Under the pieces are notes generated by a model. That model did no database searches. It was not told the DNA's origin and saw only the letters and a list, made by a program, of their open reading frames with translations. Below, piece by piece: positions 43,472 through 53,927 of a stretch of DNA of 64,000 nt. The DNA is from Minisyncoccota bacterium (GTDB lineage: Bacteria; Patescibacteriota; Minisyncoccia; Phycocordibacterales; UBA2100), in contig OZ253947.1 of the NCBI GenBank assembly GCA_965267345.1, forward strand, positions 3,648 through 67,647, read 5' to 3'. The translations under genes and the position numbers were made by a program. Position 1 is the first letter of the stretch, and every line of letters begins with the position of its first letter.

Positions 43472-45613
43472 ATGAGTAACCGCAAATACCCACTCGAAAA
43501 ACTGCGCAACTTCGGCATTGTTGCCCACGTTGACGCCGGTAAGACGACCACCAGTGAGCGTGTCCTCTTCTACACAGGCATGAGCCACAAGATTGGTGAG
43601 GTGCACGAAGGAGAGACCGTCACCGACTGGATGGAACAGGAGCGCGAGCGTGGTATTACGATCACTGCGGCTGCAATTTCATGTGAGTGGCAGCCAACCT
43701 ACACTGACGACGAGAGTGCAAAACACACGTTTAACATTATTGATACACCCGGCCACATCGACTTCACCGCAGAAGTGAAGCGTTCAATGCGCGTTCTCGA
43801 CGGCGCAATTGTGGTTTTTGATGCTGTTGCCGGTGTTGAGCCGCAGTCTGAAACCAGCTGGCGCTACGCTGAAGAAGCGGAGGTACCACGCGTGTGTTTC
43901 ATTAACAAGCTCGACCGCACCGGTGCGTCATTTGAGCGCTCATACCAAAGTATTCTCAATCGCCTGTCACCGAAAGCAATCCGCGCACAGATTCCGATTG
44001 GTGAAGAAGATGCACACGAAGGTGTCATCGACTTGCTGAGCATGAAGGCGTACCGCTTTGAAGGGCAGATGGGCATGGATGTGCAGGTGAGTGAGGTACC
44101 CGACGAGCTCAAAGCAGACGCTGAGAAGTACCGTGGTGAGCTGATTGAAAAAATCGTTGAAAATGACGAGGAAGCGATGAATGCTTACCTCGAGGGCAAC
44201 GAACCGTCACTTGATGAGCTTAAGAAGTTACTCCGCAAGGCAGTCGTTGCGAATGAGATTTTCCTCGTCTACTGCGGTTCGGCACTCAAGAACAAAGGTG
44301 TGCAACTCGTCCTCGACGCAGTTGTCGACTACCTGCCAAGTCCACTCGACATGCCGCCGGTAGAAGGACTTGATCCGAAAACGGGAGAGACGATTACGCG
44401 CACACCGGATGATGACGAGCCGATGGCAGCACTTGCCTTTAAGCTCCAGTCTGACCCGTTTGTGGGGCAGCTCACATTCTTCCGTGTGTACTCGGGCGTC
44501 TTTAAATCAGGTTCGTACGTCTACAATGCGTCAACGGGGAACAAGGAGCGTGTGGGACGCATCGTGCGTCTGCAGGCAGACAAGCGCACCGAAGTGGATG
44601 AAGTCTACACCGGTGAAATTGCTGCAGCGGTTGGCCTGAAAGAGACTAAGACCAGCCACACTCTCTGTGACGAAAGCGCACCGATTATTCTCGAAGAGAT
44701 GACCTTCCCCGTACCGGTGGTTTCAGCGCGTATTGAGCCAAAAACCAAGCAAGATCAAGAAAAAATGGGTGTGGCACTCAACAAACTTGCTGACGAAGAC
44801 CCGACATTCAAGGTATCCAGCGACCCTGAAACACTCGAGACCGTGATTTCGGGTATGGGTGAGCTTCACCTCGACATTCTTGTTGACCGCATGAAGCGCG
44901 AATTCAAGGTTGAAGCAGAGCTCGGTAAGCCACAGGTGGCGTATCGCGAGACCATTCAGGGTGACAAGGAAGCAGAAGTGAAATACATCAAGCAGACGGG
45001 TGGTCGCGGTCAGTATGGTCACGTCAAACTACGCGTGAAGCCACTTGGCGAGATTGAAGAGGATGCAAAAATTGCCAAAAATATTGATCGCGAAGAGCAC
45101 TTTGAATTCATCAACAACATCAAAGGTGGTGTGATTCCTGCTGAGTACATTCCTGCGGTAAAGAAAGGAGTGAAAGAGGCAATGGAGCGCGGTATTGTCG
45201 CCGGCTACCCACTGGTTGATATCTCTGTCGACCTCTTTGATGGTTCGTACCACGACGTCGACTCGTCTGAAGTTGCCTTTAAGATTGCCGCATCGCAGGC
45301 CTTCCAAGAAGCTGCCAAGGGCGCGCGTCCGGTGATTCTCGAGCCGGTGATGAAGGTTGAAGTCCTCACTCCTGAGCAGTTCATGGGTGATGTGACGGGT
45401 AACCTCAACTCAATGCGTGGCCAAGTTGAAGGTATGGACGATCGCATGGGACTGAAGGTCATCCGTGCCATGGTGCCGCTCTCTGAGCTGTTCGGGTACA
45501 CGACAACACTGCGCTCAATGACTGAAGGGCGTGCGAATGCCACGATGGAGTTTAGTCACTACGCTGTGGTGCCACAAAATGTTGCACAGGACATTGTCGC
45601 CGCGCGCAGCTAG
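43472..45613 (+). CDS. fusA: elongation factor G
   Basis: GIVAHVDAGKTTT, DTPGHIDF and the rest of the EF-G architecture. Confidence 0.97.
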   Translation: MSNRKYPLEKLRNFGIVAHVDAGKTTTSERVLFYTGMSHKIGEVHEGETVTDWMEQERERGITITAAAISCEWQPTYTDDESAKHTFNIIDTPGHIDFTAEVKRSMRVLDGAIVVFDAVAGVEPQSETSWRYAEEAEVPRVCFINKLDRTGASFERSYQSILNRLSPKAIRAQIPIGEEDAHEGVIDLLSMKAYRFEGQMGMDVQVSEVPDELKADAEKYRGELIEKIVENDEEAMNAYLEGNEPSLDELKKLLRKAVVANEIFLVYCGSALKNKGVQLVLDAVVDYLPSPLDMPPVEGLDPKTGETITRTPDDDEPMAALAFKLQSDPFVGQLTFFRVYSGVFKSGSYVYNASTGNKERVGRIVRLQADKRTEVDEVYTGEIAAAVGLKETKTSHTLCDESAPIILEEMTFPVPVVSARIEPKTKQDQEKMGVALNKLADEDPTFKVSSDPETLETVISGMGELHLDILVDRMKREFKVEAELGKPQVAYRETIQGDKEAEVKYIKQTGGRGQYGHVKLRVKPLGEIEEDAKIAKNIDREEHFEFINNIKGGVIPAEYIPAVKKGVKEAMERGIVAGYPLVDISVDLFDGSYHDVDSSEVAFKIAASQAFQEAAKGARPVILEPVMKVEVLTPEQFMGDVTGNLNSMRGQVEGMDDRMGLKVIRAMVPLSELFGYTTTLRSMTEGRANATMEFSHYAVVPQNVAQDIVAARS

Positions 45614-45630
45614 CAGAATCTATCTACAAA

Positions 45631-45668
45631 AGAAAAGAAAAATGGCCCCGACTGCAGTCGGGGCCATT
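45631..45668. terminator. bidirectional terminator AATGGCCCCGACTGCAGTCGGGGCCATT with flanking A-run (T-run on minus strand)
   Basis: Perfect 12-bp stem between fusA and the antisense lipoprotein gene. Confidence 0.65.
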
Positions 45669-45691
45669 CTCATTGCGTTGCGGTTAGTCGC

Positions 45692-46180
45692 TTAGAGCGG
45701 GCCGCCAGGGGCGCCACCTCCGCCGCCGCCATCAACAGTGATGTCGCCGACGCTGCCGCCGGTAGCACTTGAGCTTGATGTGGCGTTGGAAGTCGCAGCT
45801 CCTCCAGTGCCGCTGCCGCCCTGAGCAGCTGCTGAAACAGCGTTGTTGATCGTGGTGGCCGGAAACACGGCCGCCGCGCCAACAGCACTCGCCCCCCCAA
45901 TCAGGGTCTTGAGTACTGATGGATTGCCAACAACCGCTTGAATTTCTGCTTCACAGCTGCCGTTGGGCGTCGGTGTTTCACCGCAGGGACACCGGAACGT
46001 ACGCACCACAGACATTTCCTGGTGGACCACGTCCTGAAGGCTGTCGATCTGCCCTTCCGAGCAGGTGCCATCAGGCAGTTCCATGGTTCCCAAGCGCGTG
46101 ACCGCCGTGTTCGCACAGGCTGCCAGTAGGCCGCTACATGACATCACGATCACGAGCAGTGTCCACTTGACTCGCTTCAT
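45692..46180 (-). CDS. putative lipoprotein with Gly/Ser-rich C-terminus (hypothetical)
   Basis: MKRVKWTLLVIVMSCSGLLAAC lipobox-like motif (LAAC); four Cys in the mature part; poly-Gly tail. Confidence 0.5.
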   Translation of the reverse strand: MKRVKWTLLVIVMSCSGLLAACANTAVTRLGTMELPDGTCSEGQIDSLQDVVHQEMSVVRTFRCPCGETPTPNGSCEAEIQAVVGNPSVLKTLIGGASAVGAAAVFPATTINNAVSAAAQGGSGTGGAATSNATSSSSATGGSVGDITVDGGGGGGAPGGPL

Positions 46181-46463
46181 GAATCTCACCTCCTTCCTTT
46201 CAGTTTGGAGTGAACCGATACGCGTAGAACTAACCGGAGCAACTATGCGCTATGGCGCTATGTATGTCAATTGATTGCGCGACATATTTCTTGACTCTAA
46301 CGGCAACTTTGCTAGGATAACGCCACGCGGTCGCGCGCTTTTTTTATTGTGCGCGAAACGTGTGTGTTTTTAGCTTGACAGTGCCACAGGCGAGCAAGGT
46401 TCTCGCGTTCACCTATGGCCACTGTCGCTACACATTATTTAACCGAGTAATAATACGTTACGT

Positions 46464-47660
46464 ATGGCAGAAGCTTTTGACCGTTCAAAGCCGCACGTAA
46501 ACGTCGGTACCATTGGTCACGTTGACCACGGTAAGACGACGCTTACGGCCGCTATCTTGAACTCACTGCAACTTTCGGGTCAGACCGTAAAGATGCGCAA
46601 AGTCGACGAGATCGACAATGCACCTGAAGAGAAGGAGCGTGGTATTACCATCGCCCTTTCGCACAACGAGTACGAGACGGAGAACCGCCACTACGCGCAT
46701 ATCGACGCGCCAGGTCACTCCGACTACATTAAAAACATGATCACGGGTGCCGCACAGATGGATGGCGCAATTCTCGTGGTTGCTGCGACTGACGGTTTGA
46801 TGCCGCAGACGCGTGAGCACATCTTACTTGCCAAGCAGGTGGGTGTGCCAAAAATCATCGTCTTCCTCAACAAGACCGACATGCCGGATGTTGATGACGA
46901 GATGGTTGAGCTTGTTGAAGAAGAGATCAAGGAAGTGCTCGACAAGTACGGATTTGACTCAAGCGCTACGCCATTCATTCGTGGTTCAGCACTTAAAGCT
47001 GCTGAGGCAACTGACGCGAGCGACGAGTGGGTGCAGAAGATCCTTGAGCTCACCAAGACCATGGATGAGTACTTTGAGGCACCTGAGCGCGAAACCGAGA
47101 AGCCATTCCTTATGCCGATCGAGGACATCTTCTCAATTGAAGGTCGCGGTACGGTGGTAACCGGTCGTATTGAGCGCGGTAAGATCAAAGTTGGTGAGGA
47201 AGTTGAAATCGTTGGTATTCAGGAAACCACCAAAACGACGGTGACCGGTATTGAGATGTTCAACAAGAACCTCGACGAAGGTCTCGCAGGTGACAACGCC
47301 GGCATCTTGCTTCGTGGTACTAAGAAAGACGAGGTACACCGCGGACAGGTGCTCGCACAGACAGGTTCAATTACGCCGCACACCGAGTTTGAAGCAGAGG
47401 TATACGTATTGAGCAAAGAAGAGGGCGGTCGTCACACGCCATTCTTCTCTGGCTACAAGCCACAGTTCTACATCCGCACCACTGACGTGACGGGTGAGGT
47501 AACACTTCCGGATGGTACCGAGATGGTGATGCCAGGTGACACCACGACGTTCAAGGTGAAGCTGGTTGGCCCAATTGCCCTCGAAGAGCAGATGAAGTTC
47601 GCTGTTCGTGAAGGTGGCCGCACCGTTGGTGCCGGAGTCGTAACCAAGATTGTTGCCTAG
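46464..47660 (+). CDS. tuf: elongation factor Tu
   Basis: [22 protein letters not shown] motifs. Confidence 0.97.
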   Translation: MAEAFDRSKPHVNVGTIGHVDHGKTTLTAAILNSLQLSGQTVKMRKVDEIDNAPEEKERGITIALSHNEYETENRHYAHIDAPGHSDYIKNMITGAAQMDGAILVVAATDGLMPQTREHILLAKQVGVPKIIVFLNKTDMPDVDDEMVELVEEEIKEVLDKYGFDSSATPFIRGSALKAAEATDASDEWVQKILELTKTMDEYFEAPERETEKPFLMPIEDIFSIEGRGTVVTGRIERGKIKVGEEVEIVGIQETTKTTVTGIEMFNKNLDEGLAGDNAGILLRGTKKDEVHRGQVLAQTGSITPHTEFEAEVYVLSKEEGGRHTPFFSGYKPQFYIRTTDVTGEVTLPDGTEMVMPGDTTTFKVKLVGPIALEEQMKFAVREGGRTVGAGVVTKIVA

Positions 47661-47722
47661 TGTGGCAACCGTGAGCCGCTGCGCTCACGATGTATCTCAC
47701 CACTGAGATACCCCAACGTTCT

Positions 47723-48082
47723 ATGACAGCAAAAAAAGCAACAACAAAGTCTGCAACGAAGACGCCGAATGCCGGTGTTGAGCGCCTACGCATCCGCGTA
47801 CGTGCCTACGAGCACAAACTGCTCGACGTCTCTGTAAAGCAGATTATCGACACCGCATTTCGTTTTGAAGCCGAAGTACGGGGGCCGGTGCCACTTCCAA
47901 CCGAAATTAAGAAGTACACCGTCAACCGCTCGACTTTCGTCCACAAGGACGCGCGAGAACAGTTCGAAATGCGTGTCCACAAGCGACTCATCGACATCTT
48001 GCACCCGACACCGCGCGTGATTGAGGCACTCACCAACATTAGTTTGCCTGCCGGTGTCAATATTGATGTCAAAATGGTGTAG
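47723..48082 (+). CDS. rpsJ: 30S ribosomal protein S10 (with short N-terminal extension)
   Basis: RLRIRVRAYEHKLLD...VRGPVPLPT...HKRLIDI core. Confidence 0.9.
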   Translation: MTAKKATTKSATKTPNAGVERLRIRVRAYEHKLLDVSVKQIIDTAFRFEAEVRGPVPLPTEIKKYTVNRSTFVHKDAREQFEMRVHKRLIDILHPTPRVIEALTNISLPAGVNIDVKMV

Positions 48083-48105
48083 CGTCACACGCCGCATCGC
48101 GAAAC

Positions 48106-48135
48106 ACATCCGCTCTTCACGAGCGGATGTTTTCG
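48106..48135 (+). terminator. hairpin plus T-run between rpsJ and rplC
   Basis: ACATCCGCTC-ttcac-GAGCGGATGT TTTCG. Confidence 0.5.
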
Positions 48136-48141
48136 TATGGG

Positions 48142-48169
48142 CTTGCAATATTTTTCGACTCGTGTAGAC
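48142..48169 (+). promoter_or_regulatory. sigma70-like promoter TTGCAA-16-TAGACT upstream of rplC
   Basis: Sequence match only. Confidence 0.35.
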
Positions 48170-48272
48170 TCCTGCCTACATGTCTACGTACGTGCCGAGA
48201 GACTGGCGCGTACCAATGGACCAAGACGCCGACGCATGCGTAGTGGTTCCATTGCGCATTTTTATTTTGAGT

Positions 48273-48887
48273 ATGGAAAAATTCATCATCGGAACCAAAC
48301 AGCGCATGACCCAAGTGTTTGACGACACAGGGCGTGTGCATGCAGCAACCGTTGTTGTCGTTGATCCGGGTGTCGTCACGCAGGTGAAAACGGCTGATTC
48401 TGACGGATACGCAGCGGTGCAGCTTGGCTTTGGGACACAAAAAGAAGCAAAGATTGCCAAGGCGCAAAAGGGGCACTTTAAAGATCTTGGACTGTTTCGC
48501 ACAGTACGCGAGGTACGCTCAGAAAAGAGCGATGCACCCGCACAAACAGGCGATGCCGTTGATGCGAGCGTCTTTGCTGTTGGCGACACGGTGGCGGTGA
48601 GTGCAACCACGAAAGGAAAGGGGTACCAAGGTGTCGTGAAGCGCCACAACTTTGCAGGTGGTCCACGCACACACGGTCAGAAGCACTCTGAGCGCCGCCC
48701 CGGTTCCATTGGTTCAACCGGTCCGCAGCGCGTATTCCGCGGTACCCGTATGGCGGGACGCATGGGCGGTGCACGGGTTACCGTAAAGAATTTGAAGGTG
48801 TTGCAAGTTGACGCTGACACCAATACACTCGTTATTTCAGGCGCCATTCCGGGACGTCCGGGAACGCGTGTTGAAATCCGTGGCTAA
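48273..48887 (+). CDS. rplC: 50S ribosomal protein L3
   Basis: Start at Met 48273 (MEKFIIGTKQRMTQVFD). Confidence 0.93.
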   Translation: MEKFIIGTKQRMTQVFDDTGRVHAATVVVVDPGVVTQVKTADSDGYAAVQLGFGTQKEAKIAKAQKGHFKDLGLFRTVREVRSEKSDAPAQTGDAVDASVFAVGDTVAVSATTKGKGYQGVVKRHNFAGGPRTHGQKHSERRPGSIGSTGPQRVFRGTRMAGRMGGARVTVKNLKVLQVDADTNTLVISGAIPGRPGTRVEIRG

Positions 48888-48896
48888 TCTTGATGT

Positions 48897-49601
48897 ATGA
48901 AAGCAGACGTATACACACAAAACGGTACAAAGAAAGGCACAGTGACTCTTCCGAGCGCGGTCTTTGAGGCAGCATGGAACAATGATCTCGTACATCAGGT
49001 GGTTGTTGCTATGCAGTCAAATGCACGCACGCCGGTCGCACACACGAAAGATCGCAGCGAGGTGCGCGGTGGTGGGAAGAAGCCATGGAAGCAGAAAGGG
49101 CTTGGTCGTGCACGTCACGGATCAATCCGTTCACCACTGTGGCGCGGTGGTGGTGTGACCTTCGGTCCACGCAACGATCGCAACTTTGCAAAAAAGATCA
49201 ACCGAAAGATGCGCGCCCGCGCCCTCTTTAGCGTACTCTCACGCAAGCTTGCTGACGGCGAGATTCTCTTTGTTGATTCACTCGACTTCGCAGCGCCAAA
49301 AACAGCACAGGCACGGGAGGTACTGACTGCACTGTCAGGCATTACTGGCTACGAGACACTCACCAGCAAGAAGCACAATACAGCCTACATTGCACTGCCC
49401 GAAAAGAATGATGCCATTCAGAAGAGCTTCAGCAACTTTGGGAACGTAAAGGTGAGCGACGTGCGCAACCTCAACCCCGTTGACGCACTGACGTACAAAA
49501 CACTCGTTATCGTCGGACCTGACGTGAGCGTCGCCGAGTTGGCAAAGCGCGCGACAGTCGCGCGCGGCGCAAGCGCAGAGGTAGCAGAAACTAACGCATA
49601 G
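48897..49601 (+). CDS. rplD: 50S ribosomal protein L4
   Basis: Canonical L4. Confidence 0.93.
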   Translation: MKADVYTQNGTKKGTVTLPSAVFEAAWNNDLVHQVVVAMQSNARTPVAHTKDRSEVRGGGKKPWKQKGLGRARHGSIRSPLWRGGGVTFGPRNDRNFAKKINRKMRARALFSVLSRKLADGEILFVDSLDFAAPKTAQAREVLTALSGITGYETLTSKKHNTAYIALPEKNDAIQKSFSNFGNVKVSDVRNLNPVDALTYKTLVIVGPDVSVAELAKRATVARGASAEVAETNA

Positions 49602-49605
49602 GCAT

Positions 49606-49977
49606 ATGGCAGCACTCTTTGGAAAAAAGAACGACGAACAGGCAACCGATGCGCAGCAGACAGCGCAGGCGCCTGCTGCAACGCACGGTGGTGCGATGAA
49701 CCTCGAAGCGGTGCTGCGCAACCCGCGCATTACTGAGAAGGCAACCATCGGCACACACGACCGTGTGTACGTCTTCGATATTGCGCCTGAGACGAACAAG
49801 CGTGCGGTGAAGCAGGCAATGAAGGCGGTCTACAACGTCGAGCCGGTGAAGGTGAACGTTGTGACGGTACCGTCGAAAAACGTCCGCAGTATGCGCACGG
49901 GCATCAAAGGGGTGAAGTCGGGCGGCAAGAAGGCCTACGTATACCTCAAGAGCGGTGACAGTATTTCAATCATGTAA
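49606..49977 (+). CDS. rplW: 50S ribosomal protein L23 (N-terminal extension)
   Basis: C-terminal L23 core NLEAVLRNPRITEKA...YVFDIAPETNKRAVKQA. Confidence 0.9.
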   Translation: MAALFGKKNDEQATDAQQTAQAPAATHGGAMNLEAVLRNPRITEKATIGTHDRVYVFDIAPETNKRAVKQAMKAVYNVEPVKVNVVTVPSKNVRSMRTGIKGVKSGGKKAYVYLKSGDSISIM

Positions 49978-49981
49978 GTCT

Positions 49982-50827
49982 ATGAAGCAGTACAAACCAA
50001 CAACTCCGGGCCGACGCGGCATGACACGGATTTCATACAAGAAAAAGCTCACGGCGAAAAAGCCGCTGAAGGCACTGACGCGTGGCGGCAAGCGTGCTGT
50101 TGGGCGCAACTCAGCGGGACGCATTACGACACGCCACAAAGGTGGCGGCCACAAGCGTCGTTGGCGTGACATTGATTTCGGCTACAAAAAACAGGGTATT
50201 CCTGCACGCATTGAGACCATTGAGTACGACCCAAACCGCTCAGCCTTTATTGGTCTTGTAGTATACGCAGACGGTGAACGTCGCTACCGTGTCGTCCCGA
50301 AGACGGCACACGTCGGCGACATCTTCCGTACGTCACCTGAGGCACCCGCAAAGGCGGGAAATGCACTGCCACTGGGCAAAATGCCAATTGGTACGTTTGT
50401 GTTCAACATCGAACTGAAGCCTGAAAGTGGTGCGAAACTTGCACGCTCGGCGGGAAATTACGCTGAGGTCATTGCCCACGACGCCGGCTACACGCAACTC
50501 AAAATGCCATCAACTGAGGTACGTCGCGTTATCAGCACTGCATGGGCAACTGTCGGTGAAGTCAGTAACGAAGAGCACAAGCTCGTGACGATCGGTAAAG
50601 CCGGCCGCAGTCGCTGGCTCGGCAAGCGCCCAACTGTGCGTGGTTCTGTGATGAACCCAGTTGACCACCCACACGGTGGTGGTGAAGGCCGCGCCGGACG
50701 CGGTCACCGTCGCGCCCGCAGCAAGTGGGGTAAGCCAACCGGCAAGGGACAGAAAACGCGTACCCCGAAAAAGTACTCAAACTTCGCAATTGTCAGTCGT
50801 CGCAAGGTTGGCAAGAAGCGAAAATAG
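49982..50827 (+). CDS. rplB: 50S ribosomal protein L2
   Basis: Canonical L2. Confidence 0.95.
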   Translation: MKQYKPTTPGRRGMTRISYKKKLTAKKPLKALTRGGKRAVGRNSAGRITTRHKGGGHKRRWRDIDFGYKKQGIPARIETIEYDPNRSAFIGLVVYADGERRYRVVPKTAHVGDIFRTSPEAPAKAGNALPLGKMPIGTFVFNIELKPESGAKLARSAGNYAEVIAHDAGYTQLKMPSTEVRRVISTAWATVGEVSNEEHKLVTIGKAGRSRWLGKRPTVRGSVMNPVDHPHGGGEGRAGRGHRRARSKWGKPTGKGQKTRTPKKYSNFAIVSRRKVGKKRK

Positions 50828-50833
50828 CATCGA

Positions 50834-50862
50834 AAAATCCCCGCCAATACGGCGGGGATTTT
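50834..50862 (+). terminator. rho-independent terminator inside the S10 cluster (after rplB)
   Basis: AAAATCCCCGCC-aata-CGGCGGGGATTTT. Confidence 0.6.
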
Positions 50863-50909
50863 CAGTGCCACTGCCGCACACATCAATGCGTAAAAAAGCC
50901 CGAAATAAA

Positions 50910-50938
50910 TTGACTTTTGAATCTGTTTCGCATAGTAT
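50910..50938 (+). promoter_or_regulatory. sigma70-like promoter TTGACT-17-TAGTAT upstream of rpsS
   Basis: Near-consensus hexamers with 17-bp spacer. Confidence 0.45.
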
Positions 50939-50968
50939 GGTGCGCACGCCAACGAGGCGGCTTTTTGT

Positions 50969-51298
50969 ATGACACGATCACTAAAGAAAGGACCATTTGT
51001 TGACCCGAAGCTGTTGAAGAAAATCGACGGCAAAAATCCGGATGCAGCGGGCGTTATTAAGACGTGGGCGCGCCGGAGTGACATCGCACCTGAGATGGTG
51101 GGATTCACGTTTGGGGTTCACAATGGTCGCCAGCATATTGACGTGCTGGTCACTGAAGAGATGGTCGGCCACAAGCTCGGTGAATTTGCACCGACAAAAA
51201 CATTCCACCGTCACGGAGGTAAGATGCAGAAGGAGCTTGAGCAGAAGAAGAAGGACGCTGAAATTGCAGCTGCAAAAGCTGCAAAGGCGGCTGCGTAA
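50969..51298 (+). CDS. rpsS: 30S ribosomal protein S19 (Lys/Ala-rich C-terminal extension)
   Basis: [12 protein letters not shown]... is canonical S19. Confidence 0.93.
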   Translation: MTRSLKKGPFVDPKLLKKIDGKNPDAAGVIKTWARRSDIAPEMVGFTFGVHNGRQHIDVLVTEEMVGHKLGEFAPTKTFHRHGGKMQKELEQKKKDAEIAAAKAAKAAA

Positions 51299-51321
51299 TC
51301 CGTATCGCGTGAGAGCAACGT

Positions 51322-51645
51322 ATGAAAGCAACACTGAACAACTACCGACAGTCACCGCGCAAGGTTCGCCTTGTTGCTGACTTAATTCGTGGCAAGGACG
51401 TGACGCGCGCGCGCGGTATTCTGCGTTTCCTCGACAAGAAATCGGCGCCTGACATGAAGAAGTTGCTTGAATCAGCCATTGCCAACGCACAGCAGCACAA
51501 GCAGGCTATCGACAACCTTGTCGTGAAGGACATCCGCGTTGATAGTGGTATTGCACTACGCCGCTGGCGTCCACGTGCATTCGGCCGCGCTATGCCGTTT
51601 CGCCGTCGCACGAGTCGCATTACGTTACAGCTGGGAGAGAAGTAG
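51322..51645 (+). CDS. rplV: 50S ribosomal protein L22
   Basis: Canonical L22. Confidence 0.93.
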   Translation: MKATLNNYRQSPRKVRLVADLIRGKDVTRARGILRFLDKKSAPDMKKLLESAIANAQQHKQAIDNLVVKDIRVDSGIALRRWRPRAFGRAMPFRRRTSRITLQLGEK

Positions 51646-51661
51646 TTTTTGATTTTATTTT

Positions 51662-52333
51662 ATGACGCACACCGTACATCCATACGCACACCGACTCGGC
51701 ATTATTCGTGACTGGAAGTCACGCTGGTTTGGTAATAATGCCAAGCAGTACCGTGAGAACCTTCGTGTTGACACGGCGCTACGCACCTACCTGACAAAGC
51801 GTCTCCGCGGTTTGTACGTCACGGTGGTTGAAATTGAGCGCGACGAAAAGATGCTGCGCCTGACTCTCAAGACGTCACGTCCGGGTATGGTCATCGGACG
51901 CGCAGGTGAAGGCATGAACAAGCTGCTTGCAGACGTGCGTACCCAGCTCAAAAAGCTGCGCCTCGAAGAGACACCAGAAGTGAAGATCGACGTTGCGGAA
52001 GTACGCTCACCCGAGTCGCATGCAGCTATTGTCGCGTACATGATTGCCGAAGGGCTCGAGAAGCGTATGCCACACCGCCGCATTCTTAAGCAGACCGTTG
52101 AGAAGGTTATGGCAAACCGTGACGTCAAAGGCGTACGCATTGCCGTCGCTGGCCGTCTCGGCGGTGCTGAGATGTCACGCCGTGAAGAAATTAAGCGTGG
52201 CCGTATTCCGCTGCAGACCTTCCGTGCTGACATTGACTACGCACGCGAGAAAGCGTACCTGCCGTACGGTGTGATCGGCATCAAGGTATGGGTCTACCGC
52301 GGTGAGATTTTTGATACTGACCCTAATGCGTAA
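51662..52333 (+). CDS. rpsC: 30S ribosomal protein S3
   Basis: KH and S3-C domains. Confidence 0.95.
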   Translation: MTHTVHPYAHRLGIIRDWKSRWFGNNAKQYRENLRVDTALRTYLTKRLRGLYVTVVEIERDEKMLRLTLKTSRPGMVIGRAGEGMNKLLADVRTQLKKLRLEETPEVKIDVAEVRSPESHAAIVAYMIAEGLEKRMPHRRILKQTVEKVMANRDVKGVRIAVAGRLGGAEMSRREEIKRGRIPLQTFRADIDYAREKAYLPYGVIGIKVWVYRGEIFDTDPNA

Positions 52334-52338
52334 GGCTT

Positions 52339-52758
52339 ATGTTGTTCCCGAAGAAAGCAAAACACCGAAAGTGGCAAACAGGACGCATGCATCCGGAGAA
52401 GCGCCAGCGACCGGCAAGCCGCGGCGTTGATGTGTCATTTGGTTCTTATGGCCTCAAAGCAACAACGCCAGCGCGTATTACCTCAAACCAAATTGAGGCA
52501 TCACGTAAGGTGATTGTGCGCGCCATCGGCAAGTTCGGCAAAATGTGGATTCGCATTTTCCCTGATCGTCCCGTCACGGCAAAAGCAGCCGAAGTCGGCA
52601 TGGGTAAAGGAAAGGGTGACCCACAGGGCTACGTTGTTGAAGTGCGCCCGGGTCGTGTGCTATTTGAAATTGACGGCGTGTCTGAAACGGTCGCACGCGA
52701 AGCGCTGCGCAAAGCAGGTATGAAATTGCCCGTTAAGACTAAGTTTGTCGCCCGATAA
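52339..52758 (+). CDS. rplP: 50S ribosomal protein L16
   Basis: Canonical L16. Confidence 0.95.
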   Translation: MLFPKKAKHRKWQTGRMHPEKRQRPASRGVDVSFGSYGLKATTPARITSNQIEASRKVIVRAIGKFGKMWIRIFPDRPVTAKAAEVGMGKGKGDPQGYVVEVRPGRVLFEIDGVSETVAREALRKAGMKLPVKTKFVAR

Positions 52759-52940
52759 TGCGTATGACTGACTTGAAGAAAAAAAGCGTCAAAGATCTCG
52801 AGAAACTGCTCAAAGAGCAGCGCAAAGCGCTCCGCGAATTCCGTTTTTCAAGCGCGGGGTCACGCGTGCGCAATGTGCGCGATGGGCGCAACACACGACG
52901 CTCCATTGCTCGTATTTTAACCGAACTTAACAACCGCTAA
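52758..52940 (+). CDS. rpmC: 50S ribosomal protein L29
   Basis: ATG overlaps the rplP stop (TAATG); L29 helical hairpin sequence. Confidence 0.88.
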   Translation: MRMTDLKKKSVKDLEKLLKEQRKALREFRFSSAGSRVRNVRDGRNTRRSIARILTELNNR

Positions 52941-52944
52941 GCCT

Positions 52945-53214
52945 ATGGAAGAGAAGAACACCACAGTCCGTAAAGGAAAAGTATTGCGCGGTACCGTCGT
53001 TGGTACTGACATGAAAGACACGGCAAAGGTTGCGGTTGCGCGGTACGTACGCCACCCGAAGTACAAGAAATTTATCAAACTGGTGAAGAAGTACCTCGTG
53101 CACGACGAGGGAAACACGGCGGTCGTCGGCGACACGGTCTCGATCCGCGAAACCCGACCGATTTCAAAGCGTAAGCATTTCGTCCTTGCCGAGAAAAACG
53201 AGCAGGCGCAGTAA
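52945..53214 (+). CDS. rpsQ: 30S ribosomal protein S17
   Basis: Canonical S17. Confidence 0.93.
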   Translation: MEEKNTTVRKGKVLRGTVVGTDMKDTAKVAVARYVRHPKYKKFIKLVKKYLVHDEGNTAVVGDTVSIRETRPISKRKHFVLAEKNEQAQ

Positions 53215-53234
53215 CCTAGGGTAATGAGTGACGT

Positions 53235-53606
53235 ATGATTCAGACACAGACAATCGTAAAAATTGCAGACAACTCCGGCGCACGCATCGGTCGCGTGTTC
53301 AAAATACTCGGCGGTTCAAAGCGCCGCTACGCACGCATTGGTGACGAAGTGGTGATCGCCGTGCAGAGCGCCGAGCCGCGCAAGCCGGTGAAAAAGAAAG
53401 ATGTGGTACGTGCGGTGATCGTACGCCAGCGTCAGCCGCTCCGCCGTGCCGATGGCTCATACATTCGTTTCGACGAGAATGCGGCTGTTATTGTTGAGAA
53501 AGGGAAGAAAGAGCCAAAAGCGAACCGTATTTTCGGACCGATTCCACGCGAGATTGCCGAGCGTGGCTACCAAAAGATTGTCTCGTTAGCACCTGAAGTA
53601 GTATAA
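53235..53606 (+). CDS. rplN: 50S ribosomal protein L14
   Basis: MIQTQTIVKIADNSGA is canonical L14. Confidence 0.95.
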   Translation: MIQTQTIVKIADNSGARIGRVFKILGGSKRRYARIGDEVVIAVQSAEPRKPVKKKDVVRAVIVRQRQPLRRADGSYIRFDENAAVIVEKGKKEPKANRIFGPIPREIAERGYQKIVSLAPEVV

Positions 53607-53611
53607 GGCGT

Positions 53612-53923
53612 ATGAAGATCAAGAAAGGAGACAAAGTCATTGTCATTGCCGGCAAAGATAAAGGCACAACAGGCAAAGTGCTGCGTACACTGCCACGTGA
53701 GGACAAAGTCGTCGTTGAAGGTGTCCACGTGGTCAAGCGTCACCAGCGCTCACGCCGTCGATCAGAAGGAGGGCAGATTGTCGAAAAGGCCCTGCCGGTG
53801 CACGTATCGAACGTTGCCCTTGCTGACCCGAAGACAGGAAAGCCAACGCGTATTGGAATCACCCGCGACGAAAAGGGTGGCCGCAGCCGTGTGGCGAAAA
53901 AGAGTAATACGGTAATTTCGTAA
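53612..53923 (+). CDS. rplX: 50S ribosomal protein L24
   Basis: KOW motif KGDKVIVIAGKDKG. Confidence 0.93.
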   Translation: MKIKKGDKVIVIAGKDKGTTGKVLRTLPREDKVVVEGVHVVKRHQRSRRRSEGGQIVEKALPVHVSNVALADPKTGKPTRIGITRDEKGGRSRVAKKSNTVIS

Positions 53924-53927
53924 GTAT

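Noticed and set aside
51787-52233. 148-aa minus-strand ORF inside rpsC, and similar antisense ORFs throughout the ribosomal cluster
   Set aside because: They lie antisense to highly conserved ribosomal protein genes; Arg/Ser/Pro-rich shadow ORFs expected at this GC content.
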